Notes under the pieces: generated by a model
What the model saw: the letters and a program-made list of their open reading frames with translations, nothing else
What the model was told of the DNA's origin: nothing
Database searches by the model: none
Part shown: one piece after another, positions 44,452-53,898 of the stretch
How the letters are laid out: the number at the start of each line of letters is the position of its first letter
Position numbering within the stretch: position 1 is the first letter of the stretch
Made by a program: the position numbers and the translations under genes
From: Myxococcales bacterium
GTDB lineage: Bacteria > Myxococcota_A > UBA9160 > UBA4427
NCBI GenBank assembly: GCA_012959805.1
Contig: DUCN01000098.1
Location: 69,646-133,645 of the forward strand
Length of the DNA stretch: 64,000 bases
Direction of reading: 5' to 3'

Positions 44452-47196
44452 ATGGCAAGTTTCCGGTCTGGGGGGATCCGGATCGTCCTAGTAGGACTCG
44501 CGGTGATGGCTGGCTTTGCCAGTCTCGCCGCAGTGGCGATCTACGTACTCCTGATTCGAGATCTCCCTGACTTTCGCAGCCTTGATGATTACCACCCTCC
44601 GGTCGTAAGTGAAGTTTTCGACCGCAATGGCAAACTCATAGGCGAGTTCTACACAGAACAGCGTAGGATGATCGCCATCGACGACATCCCCGAACACGTA
44701 AAGTTCGCATTCGTCGCCGCGGAGGACGGCTCCTTCTACACCCACGGCGGCGTCGACTACGTCTCGATCATGCGGGCCACACTGGCCAACCTGCGCGAGG
44801 GCGGCATCGCTCAGGGCGCGAGTACGATCACCCAGCAAATGGTCAAGAGCCTCCTGCTCACACCGGAACGAACCTACAAACGAAAAATGCGCGAGATCAT
44901 TCTCGCGCGACAGATCGAGCAGCAGTTCAGCAAGGACGAGATCCTCTTCCTCTATCTGAATCAGATCTATTTCGGAAATGCGGCATGGGGAATCGGCCAG
45001 GCCTCGCGCAGCTATTTTGGCAAGGAAGCGAGGGACCTGACGGTCTCGGAGGCCGCCCTACTCGCAGGCCTTCCCCAGAGACCCAGCTCCTACGATCCCA
45101 ATCGCAACCCGAAGGCCGCCGAGGCACGACGAAAATACGTTCTCGGCCGAATGTTAGGCGACGGGTACATCGATCAAGATATCTATGAAAGCGCCCTCGC
45201 CGCACCGCCTGAAATCAAGCGCCATCCCGATGGCGAAAATCTGAAGATCTCCGGCTATTTCACGGAGGAGGTCCGCCGACTGCTATTCGAAGAGCTCGAT
45301 AGCGAAGTCGTCCTGAACGAAGGGCTTCGAATCGAGACTACGCTGGATATCGACCTGCAGCGTGCTGCCCGCGATGCGATCCAGACCGGCCTCCGCGCAC
45401 ACGATCATCGCCGCGGCTATCGGGGACCCGCCAGTCAGATCCCCGAAGAGGGAATCGCCGACGAGCTCGCCAAGCTCGATGAGATCAATGCCGATGACTT
45501 TCTCGAGACCGAGATTCCAGACCTGCTCGCGATTCTGGAAGAAGAAGGCCCGGACGCCGAAGACCTCACCAGCGATTTCGATTCCGAAATGGCGCACGAT
45601 GTAGGGAGCCCGCAGGCAGATCCCGGCGAGGACGCAGCGGAGTATTCTCCAGCGGAATCGATTGAATGGGCCGATGGCAAAGAAGCCACCTCGGACAAGG
45701 AAGAGAAAGACCCGGTCTTCATTCTGCGAGAGTTGCCCTTCGAGACTCCCGTATACGGCATCGTCCTCGAAGTCGACGCCGACAGCCAGCAGGCACGAAT
45801 CGGCTTTGGCGAAAACGTGACCGGCATGGCGAGCCTGACCGATGTCGCTTGGGCACGCGTCCCGGATCTGAAGATTCGACCGCGTGCTGTCAAGAAGATC
45901 ACTTCGATTTTTTCGGTCGGTGATGTCGCGCGATTCATTCGTCTGCCAGATCTCGAACCGGAGCCACCAGAGGAAGCTCCAGTCGACGAAGACATGAACG
46001 CCGACGATGAATCCGCCGAACTCCGCTTCGAATTCCCGATCGCACGCGTCGACCTCTGGCAGGAGCCCGAGGCCGAGGGCGCCCTGCTCTCAATCGACAA
46101 TGAGACCGGCGACGTCATTGCCATGATCGGCGGATACGATTTCGCGCGCAGCGAGTTCAACCGCTCGGTCCAGGCGATGCGACAACCGGGCTCTGCCTTC
46201 AAGCCCTTCATCTATGGCGCGGCGCTCACTCGAGGCTTCACGCCCGTCTCGACCGTCATCGATCGCCCGGTCGTCTACACCGATCCAGTCACCGGATTCG
46301 TCTGGGCCCCGCGCAACTACGGCCGACGGTTCTACGGTCCGATGACCATGCGCGATGCTCTCAAGAAGTCGATCAACAACGCGACCGTTCATCTCTTTCG
46401 AGATCTTGGCGTGCGATACGTGATTGACTACGCGCGGCGCCTGGGAATTCAGGCTCCGCTGACCGCAGACCTATCGCTCGCGCTGGGTTCGAGCAGCCTG
46501 ACACTGCTTGAATTGACGCGGGCTTACGCCGTCTATCCCCGCGGTGGAACCCGCGTCGTCCCGCGCTTCATCACGCGGGTCACCGATCGTGACGGCAAGG
46601 AATTGCTTGGGGAAGTGCCGCTGGGCGATGTGCCACCGCCGGTCCTTCAGCCGCTGCTCGCGGCAGGCGAGACCCGCGAAGAGACCTATCCCGATTCCGA
46701 GATCATGCCGACACAGCAGATCATCACCCCCGCCGATGCGTATCTGATGTCCGATCTATTGCGGACGGTGGTTCAAGAAGGAACCGGTCGACGCCTGCGA
46801 AGACTGGGACGAACCCTTGGCGGCAAGACCGGCACAACGAATGATTTCTCGGATGCCTGGTTCATGGGTTTTTCGCCTGAGCTGACCACCGGCGTCTGGG
46901 TCGGTCATGACAACAATGCAACGCTCGGTTGGGGGGAGAGCGGCGGCAAGACCGCCCTGCCAATCTGGGGGGCCTTCATGGAGGTTGCCCTCGCCCCCTA
47001 CCCCCAACACGACTTTATGGTTCCCGAAAAGATCGAATTTCAGCGAATCGATCGAATCTCGGGACTCCTCGCCAATGCGAACACCGAGAACGCGTATTTC
47101 CAGCCTTTCTTGGAAGGCACCGCGCCGGAACGCAGCTTCACCGAACAGGACACCACAAAGAGGCGCGAACGAGCTGCCCGAGACGACGTATTTTGA
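44452..47196 (+). CDS. mrcA: class A penicillin-binding protein (PBP1A type)
   Basis: Glycosyltransferase motifs EDGSFYTHGGVD and RKMRE. Transpeptidase motifs SAFKP, SINN, KTGTT. A large acidic insert lies between the two domains. Confidence 0.9.
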   Translation: MASFRSGGIRIVLVGLAVMAGFASLAAVAIYVLLIRDLPDFRSLDDYHPPVVSEVFDRNGKLIGEFYTEQRRMIAIDDIPEHVKFAFVAAEDGSFYTHGGVDYVSIMRATLANLREGGIAQGASTITQQMVKSLLLTPERTYKRKMREIILARQIEQQFSKDEILFLYLNQIYFGNAAWGIGQASRSYFGKEARDLTVSEAALLAGLPQRPSSYDPNRNPKAAEARRKYVLGRMLGDGYIDQDIYESALAAPPEIKRHPDGENLKISGYFTEEVRRLLFEELDSEVVLNEGLRIETTLDIDLQRAARDAIQTGLRAHDHRRGYRGPASQIPEEGIADELAKLDEINADDFLETEIPDLLAILEEEGPDAEDLTSDFDSEMAHDVGSPQADPGEDAAEYSPAESIEWADGKEATSDKEEKDPVFILRELPFETPVYGIVLEVDADSQQARIGFGENVTGMASLTDVAWARVPDLKIRPRAVKKITSIFSVGDVARFIRLPDLEPEPPEEAPVDEDMNADDESAELRFEFPIARVDLWQEPEAEGALLSIDNETGDVIAMIGGYDFARSEFNRSVQAMRQPGSAFKPFIYGAALTRGFTPVSTVIDRPVVYTDPVTGFVWAPRNYGRRFYGPMTMRDALKKSINNATVHLFRDLGVRYVIDYARRLGIQAPLTADLSLALGSSSLTLLELTRAYAVYPRGGTRVVPRFITRVTDRDGKELLGEVPLGDVPPPVLQPLLAAGETREETYPDSEIMPTQQIITPADAYLMSDLLRTVVQEGTGRRLRRLGRTLGGKTGTTNDFSDAWFMGFSPELTTGVWVGHDNNATLGWGESGGKTALPIWGAFMEVALAPYPQHDFMVPEKIEFQRIDRISGLLANANTENAYFQPFLEGTAPERSFTEQDTTKRRERAARDDVF

Positions 47197-47284
47197 AGCC
47201 GGGAATAGACGATTGAAACTTGAATCAAGTGCTTATCTCAGGCCTAGTTGACACCGCTTTCCGAGATCGGTAACTCCCAAGCCA

Positions 47285-48586
47285 ATGGGGGGTAATATGG
47301 ACAGTGGTTCGCGCATAACGCGTGGCGCGGAGAACGCGCATGTCAACGAAGATCGGCGAAACCAGTCCACCCGTACGACAAATCGACGACGCGCAGCCGA
47401 GAGCGCGCTACTCGATGAGTTGCTACTTCCCCACGCTCCACAGAACGAAAACGTCGGTTCCGAAGGCCAGACACTGCTGATGCGAGCCCTCGCCAGGCTC
47501 GAAAGACAAGAAGACGTCGACGCCGCAGTCGCATGGGCACCCGGTCCGGGTGGTGAACCGCGGGTCCTGGCTGCAAACCCACCCGAGGCAGCGGACGAAA
47601 TTCGACCCGTTCCAGAACTTTATGACGCTCTTATGAAGCTCGAACGAGCCCAACGCCTTACCGACCCAAACCCAGAACTCGAATTAACGGCGCTCGCCGC
47701 GCGCGGAGTCAGCGCAGTTGCGCCCGTTCCCGGGCTCGGCGCGAGCCCAGCGGCGGCACTGCTTCTCTTCGCCAAGAAAGCCGGACGACCTCTGCGACCC
47801 CGAACCATCGCGATCTTGAACGAAGTCGCGACCGGCCTGGCTCGTTCAATGTCGACCAGTCTGGCCCTCGACCGGCTCGGCAGGCTCGACGAAGCCGTCG
47901 CACAGCTCGATCGGCAGGCCTCGCTGGGGCGCCTGGTCTCGGAAATCGTTCACGAGATCCGCAACCCGCTGGTCTCCGTCAAGACTTTCCTCCAGCTCCT
48001 GCCCCACCGGCTGGAGGATCCGGAATTCCATCAGGACTTCCGCCTCGTCGTGAACGACGAAGTCCAGCGTCTCGAACGCATGCTCGACGATCTACTGCGA
48101 CATGCCAGCCCACGAACTTCGCCGCCAATCGCCGATATAGCCCGCATCGGTGACGCCGTCCGAACCACAATTGCCCTCATGACCTATCGGTTCAGCGCAC
48201 AGGGCGTTTCCTTCGAGCACCAAATTTCCGACGACCTTCCGGCGCTGCGTCTCTCGGAAGATTCGCTCCGCCAACTCCTGCTGAACTTGTTGCTTAACGC
48301 GAGTGCCGTCACGCCCAAGGGCGCCGCCATCTCGCTGCATGTCGACTGGAGCCCCAACCACGCAAACCATCTCGAGTTGAAGATTTTCGACGAAGGTCCG
48401 GGCATCGATCCCAACACCGCCACACGAATCTTCGAGCCCTTCTGGACGACGCGTCCGGATCGGGTCGGCGGACTCGGGCTCGCCATTTGCAAACGCATTG
48501 TCGACGATGCCGGAGGTGAGATCGAGATCAGCAATCGCAGGAGCGGCGGCGCGTGCTTCCGAGTCGAACTACCAATCGCTGACTAA
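47285..48586 (+). CDS. sensor histidine kinase (NtrB/AtoS-like, apparently soluble)
   Basis: H-box EIVHEIRNPL, N-box LLNLLLNA, G-boxes DEGPGI and GGLGLAICKRIV. No obvious TM segment. Confidence 0.85.
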   Translation: MGGNMDSGSRITRGAENAHVNEDRRNQSTRTTNRRRAAESALLDELLLPHAPQNENVGSEGQTLLMRALARLERQEDVDAAVAWAPGPGGEPRVLAANPPEAADEIRPVPELYDALMKLERAQRLTDPNPELELTALAARGVSAVAPVPGLGASPAAALLLFAKKAGRPLRPRTIAILNEVATGLARSMSTSLALDRLGRLDEAVAQLDRQASLGRLVSEIVHEIRNPLVSVKTFLQLLPHRLEDPEFHQDFRLVVNDEVQRLERMLDDLLRHASPRTSPPIADIARIGDAVRTTIALMTYRFSAQGVSFEHQISDDLPALRLSEDSLRQLLLNLLLNASAVTPKGAAISLHVDWSPNHANHLELKIFDEGPGIDPNTATRIFEPFWTTRPDRVGGLGLAICKRIVDDAGGEIEISNRRSGGACFRVELPIAD

Positions 48587-48613
48587 CATCGACCCGTCGG
48601 TCCAATCATCGAC

Positions 48614-49282
48614 CTATCGTTCCGATCTCGATTCGAGCCAGGCGCGTGTCGCCTCCCCGATCCCCGCGAGTCCGTTCATAAAAAAATGATCGACGCCTTC
48701 GAGAATGACGAGCTTCGATCCGTCGATTCCGTCTAGAACGGCACGCAGTGCCGGAATAGGAACATAGGAGTCACGATCTCCCGCAATCACGAGAGTCGGC
48801 ACGCCTCGCTCGTCCAGGGCGGGGGCGTCGAGCATCTCTGGCGGTGGTGCAACCAGGATCAGTTTCCGGACGCGGGACGCGTCCAAGCAAGCCCGAGCCG
48901 CCGCGAGCGCGCCCCAAGAATAACCGCAGGCAACGATCGCACCGTCGACGGAATCTTCCATGAACGAAAGTGCCGCGCGGTAGTCGGTGACTGCGTCGAC
49001 CATTTCGCCGGAAGCCACTCCCGCACTCGCCCCAATACCGCGCCAGTTGAATCGCAGCGACACGAATCCAAGATCACTGCACGCCAGGGCCAATTCAGTG
49101 ACCACCGGAGAATCCATGCTGCCCCCCATCTGGGGATGAGGCGCCGCGATGACCGCCGCTCCACTTGGTCCGCCATCGCCGACCTCGGGTAACCAGAGCC
49201 CATCAAGGGATGAGCCCGCCGCAAGCTCGGGCAACCCGGGAAGCGCAATCGTGGCGGGCCGTTCGAAAGGGCGCGGACTCAT
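48614..49282 (-). CDS. alpha/beta-hydrolase-fold protein
   Basis: Nucleophile elbow G-Y-S-W-G. Starting at MSPRPFERP (49282) avoids a non-protein-like leader. Confidence 0.75.
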   Translation of the reverse strand: MSPRPFERPATIALPGLPELAAGSSLDGLWLPEVGDGGPSGAAVIAAPHPQMGGSMDSPVVTELALACSDLGFVSLRFNWRGIGASAGVASGEMVDAVTDYRAALSFMEDSVDGAIVACGYSWGALAAARACLDASRVRKLILVAPPPEMLDAPALDERGVPTLVIAGDRDSYVPIPALRAVLDGIDGSKLVILEGVDHFFMNGLAGIGEATRAWLESRSER

Positions 49283-49368
49283 GATCTGCAGACTACCCTG
49301 CCGCTGTGTCTCGCGCCGGACGACGAGATACTTTCGAAAGTAGATTTGATATTTGAGAGGAAGACAGA

Positions 49369-49887
49369 ATGGGCGAACGAAGGGTCCAGCGCGGAGCACA
49401 ATTCACACTCGTCACCGAGCCGGTTTCGCTCCCAAACGGACGACGAGTCGACCTCGACTTCGTGGAACATCCGGGCGCGGCCGCGGTCGTACCCTTTCTG
49501 GGTGCGGACGAGATCCTGATGATTCGCCAGTACCGATTCGTGACGGGTGGCGAAATCTATGAGATCCCTGCCGGCAAACTCGATCCCGGCGAGGCGCCGG
49601 AAGCCTGTGCAGCTCGGGAACTGGTCGAAGAAACCGGCTATCGAGCGGGAAGAATCCAGCGCCTCGGATCGATTTGGACCTCGCCGGGCTTCACCAATGA
49701 AATCATCCATCTCTACGCCGCCTTCGACCTAGAGAAGGCAGAGCAGCAGCTCGAACCCGACGAGATCATCGAACTGGTCCCGATGTCTCTGACCCAGGCT
49801 CTCAGCCTCACCCGAGAATGCGAGGTCTTCGATGCAAAAACAGCCATAGCCCTGATGTGGGCGGCGGATCAGTTTCAGGGCGGCTAG
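49369..49887 (+). CDS. NUDIX hydrolase (ADP-ribose pyrophosphatase-like)
   Basis: Nudix box GKLDPGEAPEACAARELVEETGY. Confidence 0.85.
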   Translation: MGERRVQRGAQFTLVTEPVSLPNGRRVDLDFVEHPGAAAVVPFLGADEILMIRQYRFVTGGEIYEIPAGKLDPGEAPEACAARELVEETGYRAGRIQRLGSIWTSPGFTNEIIHLYAAFDLEKAEQQLEPDEIIELVPMSLTQALSLTRECEVFDAKTAIALMWAADQFQGG

Positions 49888-50136
49888 TCCGCCCCGCGGG
49901 ATAACCGCATTGTGACAACTCGAAGAACGCCTTTATTGACCAGACATTCAACGATGCTTACCCTAAGCGAGTTCAGCGGGGGAACGCGCCCATCCCGCCG
50001 ACACCGATCCAAAGGCCGCGGTTTCTGACTCTGTACCTTGGCGATTCAAGTCGAATCTGCCCGGCTCCGAGTGGAACCGTAACCAGCCCCGAATCAAGTT
50101 GGAGTGTCTACATTGTACGGACGCGGCGGCGCGCAA

Positions 50137-50913
50137 ATGAGTTTCGGACCCTCGAAAACTCCCGACATCATCAAGAATTTGATGATCGCAAACGGACTCG
50201 TCTACATCGCACAACTCGCCGGCCCGAGAATGCTCGGACTCGACGTGACGGGCCTCGGCGTCGTCCAGCCCTATGCCGTCTGGAGCGAATTCGAGCTCTG
50301 GCGAATGTTCACGTACATGTGGCTGCATAGTCCGAACTCGATCATGCACATTGCCGTCAACATGTTCTCCCTGTGGATGTTTGGTTCACCCGTCGCCTTG
50401 CTTTGGGGCGACGAACGCTTCCTCCGCTATTACCTGTTATGCGGGGTCGGCGCCGGCTTCTTGATCGCCACCCTGCCTTCTCTCGTAGCAATACTCGGAT
50501 TCACTTCGACTGGGCTCGCAGTCTTCGGAAAGACCCTCGGCGCTTCAGGCGCCGTCATGGGCGTACTCCTCGCCTACTCCTTTACATGGCCTGATCGCAC
50601 CATCATGCTGATCTTCCCGCCCATCCCGATCAAATCGATCTACTTGATCCCCCTCATCTTCGTGATGGAGTGGATGTCGAGTGGATCGAGCAATGTCAGT
50701 CATACAGGCCATCTGGCCGGCGTTCTCGTCGGCTGGATCTACCTGGTGAACGAGGGACGCACGCCCGGCGCTCCAACCCCCCAAACCCTGCTTCTCAAAT
50801 GGCGGCGCTATCTCATGCGACACAAGATTCGCGCCGTGCATCGTGAAGACAGAGACGAGCGTCAGCGTCGGAACAACAATAAAGACGATGACGATCAGAG
50901 GCGATTCCATTGA
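50137..50913 (+). CDS. rhomboid-family intramembrane serine protease
   Basis: WRMFTYMWLH, the catalytic GASGAVMG and HTGHLAG. Lys/Arg/Asp-rich C-terminal tail. Confidence 0.85.
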   Translation: MSFGPSKTPDIIKNLMIANGLVYIAQLAGPRMLGLDVTGLGVVQPYAVWSEFELWRMFTYMWLHSPNSIMHIAVNMFSLWMFGSPVALLWGDERFLRYYLLCGVGAGFLIATLPSLVAILGFTSTGLAVFGKTLGASGAVMGVLLAYSFTWPDRTIMLIFPPIPIKSIYLIPLIFVMEWMSSGSSNVSHTGHLAGVLVGWIYLVNEGRTPGAPTPQTLLLKWRRYLMRHKIRAVHREDRDERQRRNNNKDDDDQRRFH

Positions 50914-50983
50914 TTCCCGGCCCCCCCCGCGACCGTAATGACCACCGCAGCGACGACCGCCTGCATGGCGATGGATATCGGCC

Positions 50984-51892
50984 ATGAAATTCCATCATGA
51001 CGACACAGAAGAAGAGATCGGACCCGACTCCGGTTCCGGTTTTGGCGGCCCCGGCTTTGGCGGACTCCTCCGAAGCCTCTTCTCGAAAATACCCTGGGGC
51101 GAGCAGGTCAGTCACGAAGAAAGCCTCGTCGTGCCTTCGCCGGCGGGCCGCGCGATCAATATCTACAACGCCAATGGCAAGACCCGCGTCCTCGGCGAGG
51201 ATCGAGACGACATCGAAATCCGAGTTCATAAGAGCGTCCGCGCGGACTGCAAAGACCTGGCGACGAAACTCCTCGATTCCATTCGAATTCAGAACTCGGC
51301 CACGACGGAAATTCTCGACATCGAAGTTCAGATTCCCCGAAAATGTTCTCGACACGCCGTCGCGCATGTCGAGATCCTGGTGCCCCGAGATACGAAGGTG
51401 AGTCTAACCTCGACCAACGGGAAAATGTGTCTGGAGGGTCTCGAACGCGCCGTTCATGCCCGCTCGAGCAATGGTCCAGTATTGATTCGTAACGTCGTTG
51501 GCGACATCGACGTCACGACGGCCAACGCCAAGGTCAAATGTTCCGACACGGAAGGACATCTCCGGGCACGATCGAGCAATGGCAAGATCGAAGTCGAATG
51601 CCATTGCGGCTCACTCGACGCTTCGACCTCGAACGGCATCATCCGCGCCTCGATTGATCAGCTCGATACCGCCGGCGTCTCTCTCACGACGACCAATGGG
51701 CGCATCGTTCTCGACCTTCCCGAGAAGACCGATGCCGACATCGACATTCGGGTCGAGAACGGTCACATCCGAAATGACCTCGAATTAATGGACCAGACCC
51801 GAGAAAACGACGGTCGCGTTCGAGGCCGCATCGGAGTGGGGGGGACACCGATTAGCCTCCGCACCTCGAATGGAACGGTCTCACTTCGTTAG
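50984..51892 (+). CDS. DUF4097-type beta-repeat protein
   Basis: Repeated ..T/S-(S/T)-NG-x-I/V.. strands (TSTNGKM, SSNGPV, SSNGKI, STSNGII, TTTNGRI, RTSNGTV). Confidence 0.75.
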   Translation: MKFHHDDTEEEIGPDSGSGFGGPGFGGLLRSLFSKIPWGEQVSHEESLVVPSPAGRAINIYNANGKTRVLGEDRDDIEIRVHKSVRADCKDLATKLLDSIRIQNSATTEILDIEVQIPRKCSRHAVAHVEILVPRDTKVSLTSTNGKMCLEGLERAVHARSSNGPVLIRNVVGDIDVTTANAKVKCSDTEGHLRARSSNGKIEVECHCGSLDASTSNGIIRASIDQLDTAGVSLTTTNGRIVLDLPEKTDADIDIRVENGHIRNDLELMDQTRENDGRVRGRIGVGGTPISLRTSNGTVSLR

Positions 51893-51900
51893 CGTTTCCG

Positions 51901-51975
51901 GAACTCTTTCGTGAGGAACTCTTTCGTGAGGAACTCTTTCGTGAGGAACCCTTTCGTGAGGAGCCCTTTCGCGAG
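51901..51975. repeat. 15-bp tandem repeat, 5 copies (3 perfect + 2 degenerate)
   Basis: GAACTCTTTCGTGAG x3, then GAACCCTTTCGTGAG and GAGCCCTTTCGCGAG. It fills the gap between the two convergent stop codons (51890-51892 and 51991-51993). Confidence 0.9.
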
Positions 51976-51990
51976 GAGGCGGCGGCGCCT

Positions 51991-52383
51991 TCACTCCTCT
52001 CGGAGTCGGCCCTCGAATCGCATCGCGAGTTCTCTTGCGCGCTCCGCTCGTTCGACGGGCACTTGAACCTCCACTTGTACATCGAGAGTGGGGAGTTCTC
52101 CGACGCCGCCTAGCAGCATCTCGCCCTTGATATAGACGGGGATTCCCTCGGCCTCGATCGTGCCCGCAACGACGTGGCCTTCCGTGGCATTGGCCGCGAT
52201 GAAGACGGTCTTGAGTTCGTTGAATTCCAACCCGATCTCCGGATCGATCTCACCGGGCCCCGCCACGAGCCGAGTGCCGCAGTCGACGCACTCCTCCAGG
52301 CTTTCGACGAATTCGGCAATCGAACCATCTCGCGCCAGACCGGCACATTCCACATTCGGGCAATGCTTGATTCTATGAACCAT
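51991..52383 (-). CDS. zinc-ribbon + DUF2007-like small protein
   Basis: N-terminal C..C...C..C (HCPNVEC ... CVDCG). The C-terminal half resembles the DUF2007 fold pattern. Confidence 0.6.
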   Translation of the reverse strand: MVHRIKHCPNVECAGLARDGSIAEFVESLEECVDCGTRLVAGPGEIDPEIGLEFNELKTVFIAANATEGHVVAGTIEAEGIPVYIKGEMLLGGVGELPTLDVQVEVQVPVERAERARELAMRFEGRLREE

Positions 52384-52453
52384 CTTGACCCACTCGAGTG
52401 ATTAGACTCATGCACTTGTCTGCAATCAGGATTCTGGATGCCCTAAAAACGAA

Positions 52454-52936
52454 CTAGAATGAGAAGGTGGACAGATCCGATGCTTCGCGGCTTGCCGCTG
52501 ACACGAGCCAATTCCGTGCCGAATAACAAGTAATCGAATCGACGTCGACGGGCGAGATCGAAAGATCCATGAGCGATGCGATTCCTGGACTCGCCGCGAT
52601 CAGTTCCGACACCCCGCCGATGCCACACAATTCGCTGCGCTCCACCTGAAGCTCTCGATATTCCCGCTGCATCTTTTTGTCCATGGCAATGGGACAGAGA
52701 ATCGGCGAACCCAGACATTGTATATCCTGCTCGCAACTCGTCGCGGCGCGGGATAGGACCTCGATCTTCCGCTCGAGCCCATCACAAAAAGACTCATATC
52801 GCTGAATCGGGATCGCCGAGCTCACGGTCGGCGCGAGATTTGCCTCTAGAGCAGAGACCAGGAGTATTGCGGTGATCATGGCCGCGGGGGGAACAAACGC
52901 AAGCAGTCTGAGTCGCATGATGAACCTCGCGATCAT
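52454..52936 (-). CDS. secreted Cys-containing hypothetical protein
   Basis: Has an N-terminal signal-like helix and six Cys residues. No family recognised. Confidence 0.5.
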   Translation of the reverse strand: MIARFIMRLRLLAFVPPAAMITAILLVSALEANLAPTVSSAIPIQRYESFCDGLERKIEVLSRAATSCEQDIQCLGSPILCPIAMDKKMQREYRELQVERSELCGIGGVSELIAASPGIASLMDLSISPVDVDSITCYSARNWLVSAASREASDLSTFSF

Positions 52937-53111
52937 TTCGTCAGGTCGCGACTGTCAGTCTGCACAGCCCACGCAAGCTGTGAAAACCAGACTCGACGCT
53001 TAGAGCCGCGACGGAATCAGTATACCAGAGAGCCTCTCGAACCTGGACGATTAATCGCTTCGGCCGCTCGTCTGATGCTTCGTCACGTAGCCGACCAACC
53101 CCGGAGACTTG

Positions 53112-53417
53112 CTAGTTGAGCGCTGAGTCGATGCCGCGCGAAACGCCTTCGTCTCCACCCTCGTCATGACACCTCTCATGTCGCCAAACCAGGAACGCAG
53201 CGATCGAGACGGGGATCGTGAGTCCGAAACAAACAATCGCCAGCCAGGGCCCGAACGCGCCCGGCGGAAGGAAGTAGTACGACGTGATGACCTCCAGCGA
53301 CGCGAAGAACGTTAGGTAGAAAACGACGACCCATGGCGTCCTCCAACCGCGAAACCGCAGGATATAGAGCGAGGTCAATAGGGCAGCAAATGACAGACCA
53401 TTCAGCGCCGATTCCAT
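53112..53417 (-). CDS. small 3-TM membrane protein
   Basis: 101 aa with three clear hydrophobic helices. No family recognised. Confidence 0.5.
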   Translation of the reverse strand: MESALNGLSFAALLTSLYILRFRGWRTPWVVVFYLTFFASLEVITSYYFLPPGAFGPWLAIVCFGLTIPVSIAAFLVWRHERCHDEGGDEGVSRGIDSALN

Positions 53418-53629
53418 TATTCGCTTTCCTTTCGACGTTTCATTTCCGAAATCCGCATTCGAATCAGTTCCCGTTTGGTCGCCTGCTCGAAACCGTCAGT
53501 CATCTCGTGCCAGGGTGCCTTGAAGTCAACGAGGATATGGCGATCCGGCGATAGGCCAGGCGCTTCGTCGAGTACACCAGCAGCCACCTCGAATCGCACG
53601 ACGCCACAGAGGCAGCTCCCTCGGATCAA
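53417..53629 (-). pseudogene. GFA/CENP-V-family relic (zinc-binding core missing)
   Basis: The TTG-start IRGSCLCGVVRFEV (a GFA N-terminus) is joined directly to GVLDEAPGLSPDRHILVDFKAPWHEMTDGF (a GFA C-terminus). About 70 aa versus about 130 expected. Confidence 0.5.
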
Positions 53630-53882
53630 GTGCCCTCCCCTCGACTACCGTCACCGAGCACCTTCCCGAGTGAAAGCACCTGGTCGACCGCGTAACCGCG
53701 ACTCTTTCTTCTGCGGCGGCAACGAAGAAGAGTCCGTCCTCGACCAACAGTTTTCGATCAATCACGGCATTGGGTTCGTTGCGAGGTGGGTCTCCGGAAA
53801 AAGAGATCTGCCAGAGCGCAACCACATGCTCTCGATCTTCCCGAAGATAGTTTCGAAGGAGAAATTCTGGAGTTGGCACCAT
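53630..53882 (-). pseudogene. GNAT acetyltransferase relic (N-terminal third only, frameshifted)
   Basis: LLRNYLREDREHVVALWQISF..PRNEPNAVIDRKLLVEDGLFFVAAAEE resembles a YpeA-like GNAT N-terminus. The acetyl-CoA motif region is missing. The reading frame runs into the GFA relic. Confidence 0.45.
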
Positions 53883-53898
53883 CCGCGATTCCCAATGC

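Noticed and set aside
51901-51975. The tandem repeat as a CRISPR array.
   Set aside because: The units are contiguous 15-mers with no spacers, and no cas genes are present.
51991-51993. The TGA ending the zinc-ribbon/DUF2007 gene as a selenocysteine codon, since selB is present and the downstream frame stays open for 33 codons.
   Set aside because: I could not fold a SECIS-like stem-loop within about 40 nt downstream. The repeat units are direct, not inverted. The position at the extreme C-terminus, followed by a slippage repeat, is more simply explained as a true stop.
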